Positions 8,480 through 17,385 are shown, numbered from the stretch's first letter. The stretch is DNA of 26,853 nucleotides from a virus (IMGVR_UViG_3300020045_002589:1-26853), one strand, 5' to 3'. Notes: generated by a model not told the origin, from the sequence alone. Numbers and translations: made by a program.

Positions 8480-9787
8480 ATGACAACTTCCGTAGCACTA
8501 GCCCCAGTAGCTAGACAACAATTCTTAGATGCTAATGGTAATCCATTAGTAGGTGCTAAGTTATTTACCTATCAAAGTGGTACTAATACTAAGTTAGTAA
8601 CCTACCAAGATAGCACAGGAACAAGTATGAATACCAATCCTATCTTATTGGATAGTTCTGGTAGACCTCCTCATGGGGTTTGGTTAAGTAATACAGCCTA
8701 TCGGTTTGTATTTGCACCTTCTACTGACACAGACCCCCCTACAAGTCCTATCTATACAGAGGATGGAATAATTACTAAAGCAGTAGTGTTATCAGATAGT
8801 TCTGAAAATCAGTGGCAAGCTAGTGGTTTGCTTCCAACTTACATTTCAGCTACTTCTTTCTCAGTTGTGGGGGATAACACGCTAGTCTTGGAGATTGGCA
8901 GACGTGTAAGGGTAGCCCTTGGTACAGGTTATGTTTATGGAACAGTTACTTCTTCTGTTTATGCTACTGGTATTACCACAGTTAAAGTTCTGTTAGATAG
9001 TGGGGTGATAAGTACCGCTATAAGTGGTGTTGACTACAGTGTCCTTACTTACAGTAATCATGCAGTACCAAATGTATATTCACCTAGTATTGTAGGTAAG
9101 AATTTATTAATAAATGGTTCTTTTGCTATTAATCAAAGACAAGTAGCGGATACTGTTATATTAACTATCGGGGGTTATGGGCATGATAGATGGAAAGGTG
9201 GAACCTCTGGATGTGTTTACCAATTTGCAGGTTCCCAAGGTTTAACAACAGTAACTATTTTAGCGGCTTCGTTGGTGCAAATTGTTGAAAGTATTAATGT
9301 ACCTTCTGGTACTAATACACTAACACTTTCATGGACTGGTACTGCACTAGGTAGGATAGGAACAGGTGCATACTCCACCTCCCCAGTTAGTGCTTCTGTA
9401 ACAGGTGGTGCTAACGTGCAAGTTGAGTTTACTGCTGGTACACTAGCTGAGGTGCAATTAGAAAAGGGTAAATTTCCAACTACTTATGAAAAGCGAATAT
9501 ATTCTCTTGAGTATTTATTATGCGCTAGGTATTTTACAAGGTTAGATAAACAAATAATTGCTGGGTATAATACAGCAGGAAGTAGAATATATGCGAATAT
9601 AATATTTCCAACTCTTGTAAGAGCTGGTGGGACTCCAACTATAGTAATCACACCTACATATTTTAATTCCTCAGGCGTACTTATTTCAGGTATAACTAAT
9701 AATAATAGTTGTTGGGTTTCTGCTGCGGTTACTGGAACAGGAGATGCTAATTGTTCTTTTAGTATGACAATAGATTGGGATATTTAA
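8480..9787 (+). CDS. Tail fibre/spike with N-terminal head-binding-type domain
   Basis: N-terminal QFLDANGNPL.GAKLFTY.SGT......Y.D.....NTNPI.LDSSGR. Distal module KNLLINGSF.INQR...YGHDRW...VQLEKG...T.YE.R....E...C.RYF. SD TTGGAG precedes ATG 8480. Confidence 0.8.
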   Translation: MTTSVALAPVARQQFLDANGNPLVGAKLFTYQSGTNTKLVTYQDSTGTSMNTNPILLDSSGRPPHGVWLSNTAYRFVFAPSTDTDPPTSPIYTEDGIITKAVVLSDSSENQWQASGLLPTYISATSFSVVGDNTLVLEIGRRVRVALGTGYVYGTVTSSVYATGITTVKVLLDSGVISTAISGVDYSVLTYSNHAVPNVYSPSIVGKNLLINGSFAINQRQVADTVILTIGGYGHDRWKGGTSGCVYQFAGSQGLTTVTILAASLVQIVESINVPSGTNTLTLSWTGTALGRIGTGAYSTSPVSASVTGGANVQVEFTAGTLAEVQLEKGKFPTTYEKRIYSLEYLLCARYFTRLDKQIIAGYNTAGSRIYANIIFPTLVRAGGTPTIVITPTYFNSSGVLISGITNNNSCWVSAAVTGTGDANCSFSMTIDWDI

Positions 9788-9801
9788 TAGAGGTTATGAA
9801 G

Positions 9802-10065
9802 ATGAGTTTTAAAGAGAAACTAGCTGAGCTTCCACAGCAACCATTGGGAACAAAAGACTTAATGGAAGGCTGGGAGTCTACAGTTCCACTTGAGAAAAGT
9901 GATAGGCTTAAATTGCTTAGTCATATTGCACAAGTATCAGACTCTATCCCTGATAGGCTACGAGCTATTGATTTATTATGTAAAATTAATAATGATTTTA
10001 AAGAGGAGGATAAGGGTAAATTCACAGTTGAAGTTGTTGTTAGTGAGACTGATATGAAACTTTAA
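9802..10065 (+). CDS. Probable small terminase-like protein (oligomerisation part only)
   Basis: L..IA......DRLRAIDLL.K....F.E followed by a beta-tail (FTVEVVV) resembles TerS C-terminal regions. GAGG at 9790-9793 favours ATG 9802. Confidence 0.5.
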   Translation: MSFKEKLAELPQQPLGTKDLMEGWESTVPLEKSDRLKLLSHIAQVSDSIPDRLRAIDLLCKINNDFKEEDKGKFTVEVVVSETDMKL

Positions 10066-10086
10066 TAGCATAGCTATTGCAAAGAG

Positions 10087-10116
10087 AAGGTTAGTTTTGA
10101 TTAACTAACCTTTTTT
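10087..10116. terminator. Intrinsic terminator between convergent genes, probably bidirectional
   Basis: Stem AAGGTTAGTT / AACTAACCTT, T-run downstream and A-rich upstream. Confidence 0.75.
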
Positions 10117-10152
10117 AATGAAAATAATGAAAATAATGCTTGACAAGTGAGG

Positions 10153-10176
10153 TGGAATCTTTTTTCTGATAATTCC
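10153..10176 (+). repeat. 24-bp inverted repeat, copy A
   Basis: TGGAATCTTTTTTCTGATAATTCC is the exact reverse complement of 21905-21928. Confidence 0.95.
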
Positions 10177-10220
10177 TTAATAGCGGTTAAACCGATATGA
10201 GAAAATGTTCCAAAAAATGC

Positions 10221-11438
10221 CTAAAATTCCCTAGGCAATGTCCATTTGTTGTTAAATCCGATTACAAATTTCTTAGTTAATGCAAATGCAAGTTCTCTGC
10301 TATAAGCTACACAGTCCCAGTTACGAGCTAACTCAATATGACTAAGCTGAACAAAGTCTTTTCCTTTAATCTTACTAAGTGAATTAACCCTTTGCTCAAG
10401 TAAATAACCAACAATCTCATTCTTACTAAGTAAGTTTGTTTGTTCTGCCAGCTTTGCTAATTCCCCCCATAACAACTGCTTATCATCTACCGTAAGTAAT
10501 TTATTAATTATAACATCCATTGGGATAATCTTATAATCAAAGTTAATTATCTGCTTTGCTGTTAGCTTACAAAGTAAGTTCTGCCTTCTATTAACTTCAA
10601 TATTCTTACCAAGGAACATTCTTGTAACTTTAGTAGTAGCTTGCTTGCTAAGTCCTAACTCCAAGCTACTAATTTGTTTCCAAATGGCAGAACTATCAAC
10701 CTCAGGGAATAGCTTTTCATAGTCGGAAGCTTCCCCAGTGAATACCCAATCCAGTAAACCACCAGTCTCCACTGAAAGTAATACCTGTCTAGCAAAACAA
10801 CCAAGGAACTTTGTTTCCAACGGAGTTAACCCAAGAGAAGCTATTTGGTCTATCTTATCTTCCCTTGGATAATCTAAGTATTCCTTAAGTGGATTACTCT
10901 TATACTTCATACTAACCAAGTGAACTCTATTGGTTAAACTTGTTGGTAAGCCATTAAGCGCAAGGAGGTCTTCCAGTTTTGCCTTAGCTAGTTCCTTTGG
11001 AATATTACTACCAAACTTAAGAGTAATAATATCATTTAATTCCTCATAAACAATATCAATCCCATAGCATTTACAAAGTATAGCTAAATTATCACTTGTT
11101 GCAAGGACTTTATCCCCTTTCTTATCCTTGAATAACTGTACTGGAATTGGCATCCCCATATCAATTATGTTAGTAAGAAGGCTTGCTTGCATCTTTTCAA
11201 CCTCTCCCTTAATAAGCATTTCAAGTATCTTACCCTTACCATGCAATTGAGGTAGCCCAGCTAGATAATGAGCAATAATAGGTATAAAGCTAACAGTTTT
11301 AAAAAGTCCTTCCTCTTTTAACTCATAAATATCCCCAACAATACCCTCAGAGATAGTAAACACATTACTCTCTTTTTGATACTTTCTACAAAAGTAAGCT
11401 ATGGCTTCCGTCCTAGTTTGACCTGTTATAGACTTCAT
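10221..11438 (-). CDS. Degenerate VapE/VirE-like (primase-associated helicase-like) protein
   Basis: NLAILCKCYGIDIVYEEL and KYKSNPLKEYLD resemble the N-terminal part of VapE-type domains, but no GxxGxGKS Walker A is present. Start MKSITG at 11438 follows GAAGGG. Confidence 0.45.
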   Translation of the reverse strand: MKSITGQTRTEAIAYFCRKYQKESNVFTISEGIVGDIYELKEEGLFKTVSFIPIIAHYLAGLPQLHGKGKILEMLIKGEVEKMQASLLTNIIDMGMPIPVQLFKDKKGDKVLATSDNLAILCKCYGIDIVYEELNDIITLKFGSNIPKELAKAKLEDLLALNGLPTSLTNRVHLVSMKYKSNPLKEYLDYPREDKIDQIASLGLTPLETKFLGCFARQVLLSVETGGLLDWVFTGEASDYEKLFPEVDSSAIWKQISSLELGLSKQATTKVTRMFLGKNIEVNRRQNLLCKLTAKQIINFDYKIIPMDVIINKLLTVDDKQLLWGELAKLAEQTNLLSKNEIVGYLLEQRVNSLSKIKGKDFVQLSHIELARNWDCVAYSRELAFALTKKFVIGFNNKWTLPREF

Positions 11439-11507
11439 GGGTAACCCTTCTTTAGTTGCTAATTTGCCCGAATAGTAGCATAAAAAGCCCAGAATTACTA
11501 GAAATAC

Positions 11508-11536
11508 TTGCCTTGCCAAGCAACCTATGATATGAT
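11508..11536 (+). promoter_or_regulatory. Putative sigma70 promoter for the portal block
   Basis: TTGCCT (11508-11513), 17 nt, TATGAT (11531-11536), with extended -10 TG. Confidence 0.6.
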
Positions 11537-11568
11537 GCCAACATACCTAACCAAGCAGGAATCTACTA

Positions 11569-12015
11569 ATGAGTTCCCCAATCACAGATAGTATCACCAC
11601 AGCCCTTGAGCTGGGAGTACCTTATGATAGCTTCGTAGACCACCTACTTAAGGTTTTCTCAGAAGATTCACTTACAAAAGGTTTCATTGCTTCCCAAACT
11701 TGCTTTTATCTAACTTCCGAACAAGTAGAGATTATGAAGTTAAGCTTGGATGTTGCAAACCACGCTGCCCTCTATACTCAAATAACTAAGATAAAATCCT
11801 TAACAAGAATATTACCACCAATGGCACTTACAGAACTTACTGAGGAGTTTAAACTCGCAGTAGCTTTTGTTAATGCAACAGGGGTTACTGGTGTAGTAGC
11901 TTGGGTACTTGCCAATGAACTCGTTCTAGCTAGAACAGGTATTGATTGCCATAAGTTACTACGCGTGAAGGAACTTATAGCTACACCAACTACTTTGGAG
12001 ACCGCTAATGCCTAA
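11569..12015 (+). CDS. Hypothetical protein upstream of the portal
   Basis: 148 aa, AGGA SD, overlaps the portal start; no motif recognised. Confidence 0.7.
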   Translation: MSSPITDSITTALELGVPYDSFVDHLLKVFSEDSLTKGFIASQTCFYLTSEQVEIMKLSLDVANHAALYTQITKIKSLTRILPPMALTELTEEFKLAVAFVNATGVTGVVAWVLANELVLARTGIDCHKLLRVKELIATPTTLETANA

Positions 12016-14173
12016 CATGGATAAGAAACAAGAACTAACCCAGTCCGAAGACGATGATAAAATCCTTAGTGAAGCCCTAAAACGCTTCGATTACTTAATG
12101 GAATTGGATGCTGATAATCGGGAACTTTGGAAAGAAGACCTTAAATTTGCTAATGGCGACCCTGATAATGGTTGGCAACTAGAGTCTAATGTTTTCCAAG
12201 ATAGACAAGCTGCTGGCAAACCTTGTCTTACGGTTAATAAAGTTAAAGCTCTTAACCGTGTTATCACAAACGAATACCGAATGAATAGGACAAGTCCTAA
12301 AGTTATTCCTTCTGGTGGTGGTAGTGATAAAGATACAGCGGAGACCTTTAACAGTATCATTCGACATATTGAAGCACAGTCTTGTGCAGATTCAGTCTAC
12401 AGTAATGCCTTTGAGTTCGCGGTAAATGCTGGACTTGGCTACTATCGTGTTGTAACTGATTATCTCCATGAGGAGTCTTTTGACCAAGAAATCTTCCTAA
12501 GAGCTGTCAGAAATCCACTTAATATCTTGATGGATTTAGGTAACTTCTCTGATGGTAGGGATAGTCGCTATGCTTTTGACTTTACGGATATGCCAAGAGA
12601 GGAGTTTGAAGCTGCTTACCCCGACGAGACTGTAGCAGACTTCTCCAGAAGTAATGGTTCTAATGGTTGGGTAACTGAGGAAACTGTCCGTCTTTGTGAA
12701 TACTTTAGAGTAGTTGCAGAAGAGGATACTTTATATTCCTTACCAGATGGTAACTCTATCCGTGCTAGTAAGATAAAAACTACCCTTGGCTTGGAAGACT
12801 TAGATACCAGTGAGCTTAAGTCTCGTAAGATTACTGCACATAAAGTTGAGTGGTTCTTACTAGGTAATAATACTATCCTAGAACGGGGTATTTGGGCTGG
12901 TAAGTATATTCCCATTATCCGTGTAGTTGGACATGAAATTGAAGTTGACAATAAGTTATACCGTTGTGGACATACCCGTGCAATGAAAGATGTACAAAGA
13001 ATGTATAACTTCTGGACTAGCTCTGCTGTAGAAGCTGTTGGCTTACACGGTAAACAACCATACTTTGCGGCTATAGCTGCTATTCAAGGTTTTGAAGATG
13101 AATGGGATAGCTTAAATACAGACGATGTTGCCTATCTACCTTACAATCATGTTGATTCGGCTGGTAATCCTATCCCAGTTCCAGTTAAACAAGAAGGCGC
13201 ACCTATCCCAGCGGCTTACTTACAAGGTATGAAGACTGCAAGTGATGAAATGCAAGCTATTAGTGGTCAGTATGATGCACAAACTGGACAGTCGGTTAAT
13301 AACCAGTCAGGTGTTGCTATTGATAACTTACAACGAAAAGGTGATGTAGCTACTTATCATCTTATCGACAATGCTGAAATGGCTAAGTTATTCACAACAG
13401 CCCTATTAATTGACCTTATTCCTAAAATCTATGATACTCCCCGTGTTGTTCGTATTGTTGGGGAAGATAATAAAGAAGGTGAGATTGAGATTAATCCTAA
13501 CTTACCAGTAGCTAGAGAAAGTCAACAAACTGAGACTGGAGAGATACGAAATATCTTTAACCCATCTGTAGGTAGATATGATGTTCAACCTGCTACAGGT
13601 GCTAACTATGCAACAGGTAGAAGAGAGCAAAGTGCCGCACTACTTTCCTTAGTTACTTCTAATCCTGCCTTGTGGGATATAGCTGGGGATTTAATAGCTT
13701 CTAGTTTAGATTTCCCATTAAGTGAGGAAATAGCAACTAGACTAGCAACAAGGATTAATCCACCACCAGTTGAACCACCTCCCTTACCAGAAGTTCCACA
13801 AGATGTACAAGAGCATATCATTGCTCAAGAGTCTATGATTAAATCAATGGATACTGTTATAACTCAAATGCAAGCGGATATTAACAAGAAAGAAGTACAA
13901 CTTGTTGAGAAAAGTAGAGCTGATACTATAAAGGAAAGAGAACTTGCAGTTAAAGAGTATGAAGCTGAGACAGATAGACTTAAAGTTCTTGAACCCACTA
14001 TGAGTCCAGAAGCTATTAGGACTATGGTAATGCAATTGATGTTTGATATGCGGGAAGCACCAAGAGTTGATGCTGAGGAAGCCTATACTGCACAAGAGTT
14101 CTCTCCAATGCCTGTACCGATGAGAGAACCAATGCCTGTAGTAACTGAACAACCAATTAACCCATTAATTTAA
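12008..14173 (+). CDS. P22-like portal protein
   Basis: 721 aa with EDLKFANG...WQ, PCLTVNK, F..AV..GLGY, YIPII.V.G, MKD.QR.YN, SGVAI, LIPKIYDTPRVVRI.G and GRYDV...G..Y.T.R, plus a C-terminal coiled coil. Confidence 0.93.
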   Translation: MPNMDKKQELTQSEDDDKILSEALKRFDYLMELDADNRELWKEDLKFANGDPDNGWQLESNVFQDRQAAGKPCLTVNKVKALNRVITNEYRMNRTSPKVIPSGGGSDKDTAETFNSIIRHIEAQSCADSVYSNAFEFAVNAGLGYYRVVTDYLHEESFDQEIFLRAVRNPLNILMDLGNFSDGRDSRYAFDFTDMPREEFEAAYPDETVADFSRSNGSNGWVTEETVRLCEYFRVVAEEDTLYSLPDGNSIRASKIKTTLGLEDLDTSELKSRKITAHKVEWFLLGNNTILERGIWAGKYIPIIRVVGHEIEVDNKLYRCGHTRAMKDVQRMYNFWTSSAVEAVGLHGKQPYFAAIAAIQGFEDEWDSLNTDDVAYLPYNHVDSAGNPIPVPVKQEGAPIPAAYLQGMKTASDEMQAISGQYDAQTGQSVNNQSGVAIDNLQRKGDVATYHLIDNAEMAKLFTTALLIDLIPKIYDTPRVVRIVGEDNKEGEIEINPNLPVARESQQTETGEIRNIFNPSVGRYDVQPATGANYATGRREQSAALLSLVTSNPALWDIAGDLIASSLDFPLSEEIATRLATRINPPPVEPPPLPEVPQDVQEHIIAQESMIKSMDTVITQMQADINKKEVQLVEKSRADTIKERELAVKEYEAETDRLKVLEPTMSPEAIRTMVMQLMFDMREAPRVDAEEAYTAQEFSPMPVPMREPMPVVTEQPINPLI

Positions 14174-14181
14174 CTAAACTA

Positions 14182-14207
14182 GGGGAGTTTATCTCCCCAT
14201 TCTTTTT
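14182..14207 (+). terminator. Intrinsic terminator after the portal
   Basis: GGGGAG-TTTAT-CTCCCC followed by ATTCTTTTT. Confidence 0.7.
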
Positions 14208-14218
14208 GGAGAATAACA

Positions 14219-14404
14219 ATGCTCAAACCTACTAAACTTCGTGCTGGAACAGACGTTAAAGGAGGCGATAACTATGGTACTTCCTCAAGTGTAACTCACT
14301 ATGGAAAAGGAAGTATCACCCGACCAACTAACCATGAGAAGTTTGCTTCTGAATGGGATAGAATCTTTGGTAAGAAAGCTACTTTGGAGACTCCTAATGT
14401 CTGA
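14219..14404 (+). CDS. Small conserved phage protein (GKGS..RP....F...WDRIFGKK motif)
   Basis: SD TTGGAG. I recall this motif from many short phage hypothetical proteins; function unknown. Confidence 0.7.
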   Translation: MLKPTKLRAGTDVKGGDNYGTSSSVTHYGKGSITRPTNHEKFASEWDRIFGKKATLETPNV

Positions 14405-14633
14405 CCAATCAAAAATTACAGGCTACAGAAGCCTTACTAAAGTCGAACTTGATTTAATAAACGAATCAAAGGAATTAGCAGGGCTAGTAGGAAAGTTTGT
14501 AGATAAACTAGCCTTAATGCCTAGCTCGGAAACTCTTGTAGTTGATATGCGCTGGGTTGCTATCGGCAAAACCGACCTACAAACAGGCTTCATGGCATTA
14601 GTTCGAGCTATTGCTAAACCAGAGTCCTTTTAA
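14397..14633 (+). CDS. acb2: Acb2-family anti-CBASS cyclic-nucleotide sponge protein
   Basis: KITGYRSL...E.DLIN..KE ... RWVAIGKTDLQTGFMALVRAIAKPESF matches the Acb2 signature (KI.GYR.L..EEI..MN..K ... RW.AI.KT..QTG.MA..RAIA.P.SF). GGAGA SD precedes ATG 14397. Confidence 0.88.
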   Translation: MSDQSKITGYRSLTKVELDLINESKELAGLVGKFVDKLALMPSSETLVVDMRWVAIGKTDLQTGFMALVRAIAKPESF

Positions 14634-14747
14634 ACTAGATAGAATTAGAAAGATACCGCTGAGTTACCAGAAGCTAAAGACTGCCTAACTCTAACTTAGT
14701 TAAAGGTTTGCCTGTGGTATACTACGAATAAAACAGTGTGGCAGGGG

Positions 14748-14776
14748 TTGACAATGCTGTAAGCTTCTGCTATGCT
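14748..14776 (+). promoter_or_regulatory. Sigma70 promoter for the scaffold gene
   Basis: TTGACA (14748-14753), 17 nt, TATGCT (14771-14776), with extended -10 TG. Confidence 0.75.
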
Positions 14777-14834
14777 TTGACCTTAGGTTTCTTCACTACC
14801 TCTTAAAAGTGATGCTTTACAAGGATTAATTCCA

Positions 14835-15560
14835 ATGACTATCAACGCCCAAGACCCTCAAGATACCGAAGCTACTATCGAAGTTACCGACCCTGTTAGT
14901 GAATCAACCACCGATGAAGCTTCCACCGAAGAAGATAATACCCCAGTTCCTACCTCCGAAGAAGAGAAGTCTGCTGTACAAAAGCGAATTAACGCTATGA
15001 CGAAGGAAAAGTATGAGCTTAAGCAGAAGTTGGCAGCCGCCGAAGCTAAACTAGCTACTCAACCAGTAGACCCTTTGAATGTAACTCCAGAAACTCTCCA
15101 AGACTTAGTTCATAAAGAAGCTACACGACTTGCACAAGAATCTTCCTTTAACAATCGTTGTAATGATATTTTTGAAGAAGCTGTAAGCAAGATGCCTACC
15201 TTTGCAGAAGATATTAATACCCTGAATACCATCGGCTTAGTTGCTAACAAAGACCTCTTCGACTCTGTTGTAGAGTCCGATGTTGCCGCAGATATTCTTA
15301 TCTATCTTGCAGACAATCTTGAGGAAGCTGAGAGACTTATTAATCTTCCCTCCCGAAGTATGTATCGTGAATTAGCTAAACTCGAAGTTAAGCTATCAGA
15401 CACACCCGCACCAGCTAAGAAACCAGTTAGTAAAGCCCCTACACCTATTAAACCAGTAGCTTCACGCGGTGTAGTCTCTGAGATTGATGTAGAGAAGAAC
15501 CCCGCTGGCTGGATTGAACAACGCAATAAAGCACTAGCCCTTAAAAGGCAAGGAAAGTAA
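14835..15560 (+). CDS. Capsid scaffolding protein
   Basis: Acidic N-terminus, VQKRINAMTKEKYE coil, I.IYLA.N.EEA.RL..L, KPVSKAP.PI.PV and a basic C-terminal helix; lies between portal and coat. Confidence 0.85.
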   Translation: MTINAQDPQDTEATIEVTDPVSESTTDEASTEEDNTPVPTSEEEKSAVQKRINAMTKEKYELKQKLAAAEAKLATQPVDPLNVTPETLQDLVHKEATRLAQESSFNNRCNDIFEEAVSKMPTFAEDINTLNTIGLVANKDLFDSVVESDVAADILIYLADNLEEAERLINLPSRSMYRELAKLEVKLSDTPAPAKKPVSKAPTPIKPVASRGVVSEIDVEKNPAGWIEQRNKALALKRQGK

Positions 15561-15561
15561 T

Positions 15562-15774
15562 ATGCCATCCCCCAACCTTCCGAATAAACTAGACCCAGAC
15601 TATGAGAAAGCTTTACTAGATAAAGCGGTAGTCTTGGTAATTGCAGAGTTACTTAACCGTTTTAACTATCAAGTTAAGATACTAGGCACACTTTGTAACA
15701 TCATTAAGTGGACTTCCTTGATTGGGGGTGGCATCTATCTAGCTATTAAGAATAGGAGTATCCTCCAATGGTAA
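15562..15774 (+). CDS. Small membrane protein, possibly lysis-related
   Basis: C-terminal hydrophobic segment IIKWTSLIGGGIYLAI; overlaps a holin-like gene. Confidence 0.55.
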   Translation: MPSPNLPNKLDPDYEKALLDKAVVLVIAELLNRFNYQVKILGTLCNIIKWTSLIGGGIYLAIKNRSILQW

Positions 15775-15974
15775 GTTTTTCAAGAATCTTCTCCTCTTTA
15801 GTCTTTCTTCAACGAAGAATTAAAGAACCATCAAGTATCTTGGCAATAGCTTATCTTAGTGATAAGCTTGGATTAAGTATCTCTGATGTTGCACCCTTAG
15901 TAACAACTGGTTTAGGCTTCTTGGCATTCTTTGTACCCGAATGTCCCCCCTTGACCAAGGTAAATACCGATTAA
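15768..15974 (+). CDS. Holin-like membrane protein
   Basis: RIKEPSS followed by two short hydrophobic segments ending in PE resembles the R.KEPSTW small holin-like pattern. AGGAG SD. Confidence 0.55.
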   Translation: MVSFSRIFSSLVFLQRRIKEPSSILAIAYLSDKLGLSISDVAPLVTTGLGFLAFFVPECPPLTKVNTD

Positions 15975-15986
15975 TGCAAAATAACC

Positions 15987-16015
15987 TTGACATACTAGGT
16001 GAAGTTGTGTACGAT
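15987..16015 (+). promoter_or_regulatory. Sigma70 promoter for the coat gene
   Basis: TTGACA (15987-15992), 17 nt, TACGAT (16010-16015). Confidence 0.75.
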
Positions 16016-16127
16016 AACACTATCTTACCAATTTGGTATGTTTAAGGTTCTTGAGTCCTTTAACTCTCGTAGCTAGACAAAACTTAAACTCTTTTAATCT
16101 TAACATACTAAATAGGAAGTCAATCTC

Positions 16128-17372
16128 ATGGCTAATAACGTCGTAACAAGTTCTATGATTACCGCTGAAACATTGCGTGTAATCCACAATAACTCCGCTT
16201 TCTTGGGCAATATTAATACCCAGTTTGATGGTTCTTTCGCTAAGACTGGTGGTAAAGTCGGGCAGACAATTAACGCTCGTGTACCAGTTCAGTTTACTGT
16301 TCGTGAAGGTGCAGTTGCTAACATTCAAGATGTGAATGAAACTACTGTTCCAATTACTATTCAACCTGAAACTGGTATTGACTGGGCATTCAGTGACAGT
16401 GACCTTACATTAGGTATCGATAAGTTCTCAGAACGCTACTTAACTCCCGCTGGTAAACGCTTAGCTTCTGCATTGGATATGAAAATTGCTGCTTTGTACA
16501 AAAGCGTAGCTAACTTTAGTGGTACTGTTGGTACTTCTCCAGCTACAGCGGCTTCTGCATTACAAGCTGCGGCTATCTTAGATAACAATGGTGCGCCGCG
16601 TGATGGTTTAAGAACCTTTGCCTTAAATCCTTTAGCTAATGCTTCATTAGTTGGTGGCTTAGCAGGTTTACTGAATGACCAAGCTACTCTCGGCAAACAA
16701 TACAAAGAAGGCTTAATGGCTACTTCTTTAGGTATGGACTTTCAAATGAGTCAGAACTTACCTACCCATACTGTTGGTGGCTTAGGTGGTACTCCTTTAG
16801 TGGACGGTGCTAACCAAGGTACTATTAACGTAGGTACAACTGATAACCCTCATGCTACTACAACTAGCTTGCTGACTAAAGGTTGGACTGCTGCCGTAGC
16901 TAACAGACTGAAAGCTGGTGACGTTGTTACTCTTGCAGGTGTTTATGCAGTTAATCCAGAAACTAAACAAAACACTGGTGCGTTGAAGTCTTTTGCGGTA
17001 ACGGCTGATGTTAGTTCTACTGCTGGTGGTGCTGGTACTTTGGTATTATCTCCTGCAATCATCGCTGGTGGTGCTTATCAGAACGTAACTGCCCTTCCCG
17101 CTGATGGTGCTGCTGTTACCGTCTTAACTGGTGGTGCTGGTGTATCTAGTCCACAAAACATCTTGTTCCATAAAGATGCTTTCACATTGGTTTCTGTTGA
17201 TATGGAAACTATCAATGGCATGGATATGTTCTCACAAGAAACAGTTGATGATATTAGCTTACGTTTTGTTCGTGGTTATGACATTACTAATAACAGACGT
17301 ATCTGTAGATTTGATATGTTAGCTGGTTATGCTTTGATTCGACCAGAATGGGCTTGCCGAGTTACAAGCTAA
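16128..17372 (+). CDS. Major capsid protein, P22 gp5-like
   Basis: MANN..T...I..E.L..I.N, K.G.TIN.R.P, F.D.DL.L.I..FSERYL.PA, a central insertion domain, FHKDAF.LV and R.D.L.GY..IRPEWACR. Confidence 0.93.
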   Translation: MANNVVTSSMITAETLRVIHNNSAFLGNINTQFDGSFAKTGGKVGQTINARVPVQFTVREGAVANIQDVNETTVPITIQPETGIDWAFSDSDLTLGIDKFSERYLTPAGKRLASALDMKIAALYKSVANFSGTVGTSPATAASALQAAAILDNNGAPRDGLRTFALNPLANASLVGGLAGLLNDQATLGKQYKEGLMATSLGMDFQMSQNLPTHTVGGLGGTPLVDGANQGTINVGTTDNPHATTTSLLTKGWTAAVANRLKAGDVVTLAGVYAVNPETKQNTGALKSFAVTADVSSTAGGAGTLVLSPAIIAGGAYQNVTALPADGAAVTVLTGGAGVSSPQNILFHKDAFTLVSVDMETINGMDMFSQETVDDISLRFVRGYDITNNRRICRFDMLAGYALIRPEWACRVTS

Positions 17373-17385
17373 AGTAATCCTTCCA

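Noticed and set aside
10140-10173. TTGACA...GATAAT as a promoter
   Set aside because: The spacer is 22 nt and it would point into the 3' end of a convergent gene.
10153-10176. Inverted repeat as a dif/Xer site or IS terminal repeat
   Set aside because: It does not resemble the dif consensus, and no transposase or target-site duplication is visible.
14301-14396. N-terminal extension of the Acb2 ORF given in the track
   Set aside because: It overlaps the upstream gene. The SD and family similarity both begin at ATG 14397. Similar over-extensions were trimmed at 65, 352, 2538, 8468, 9775, 11519, 18355 and 23998.
14781-14825. Hairpin sequestering the scaffold SD (P22-like autoregulation)
   Set aside because: Only short helices (TCACT/AGTGA, CCTT/AAGG), and the predicted transcription start cuts the outer arm; too weak to claim.
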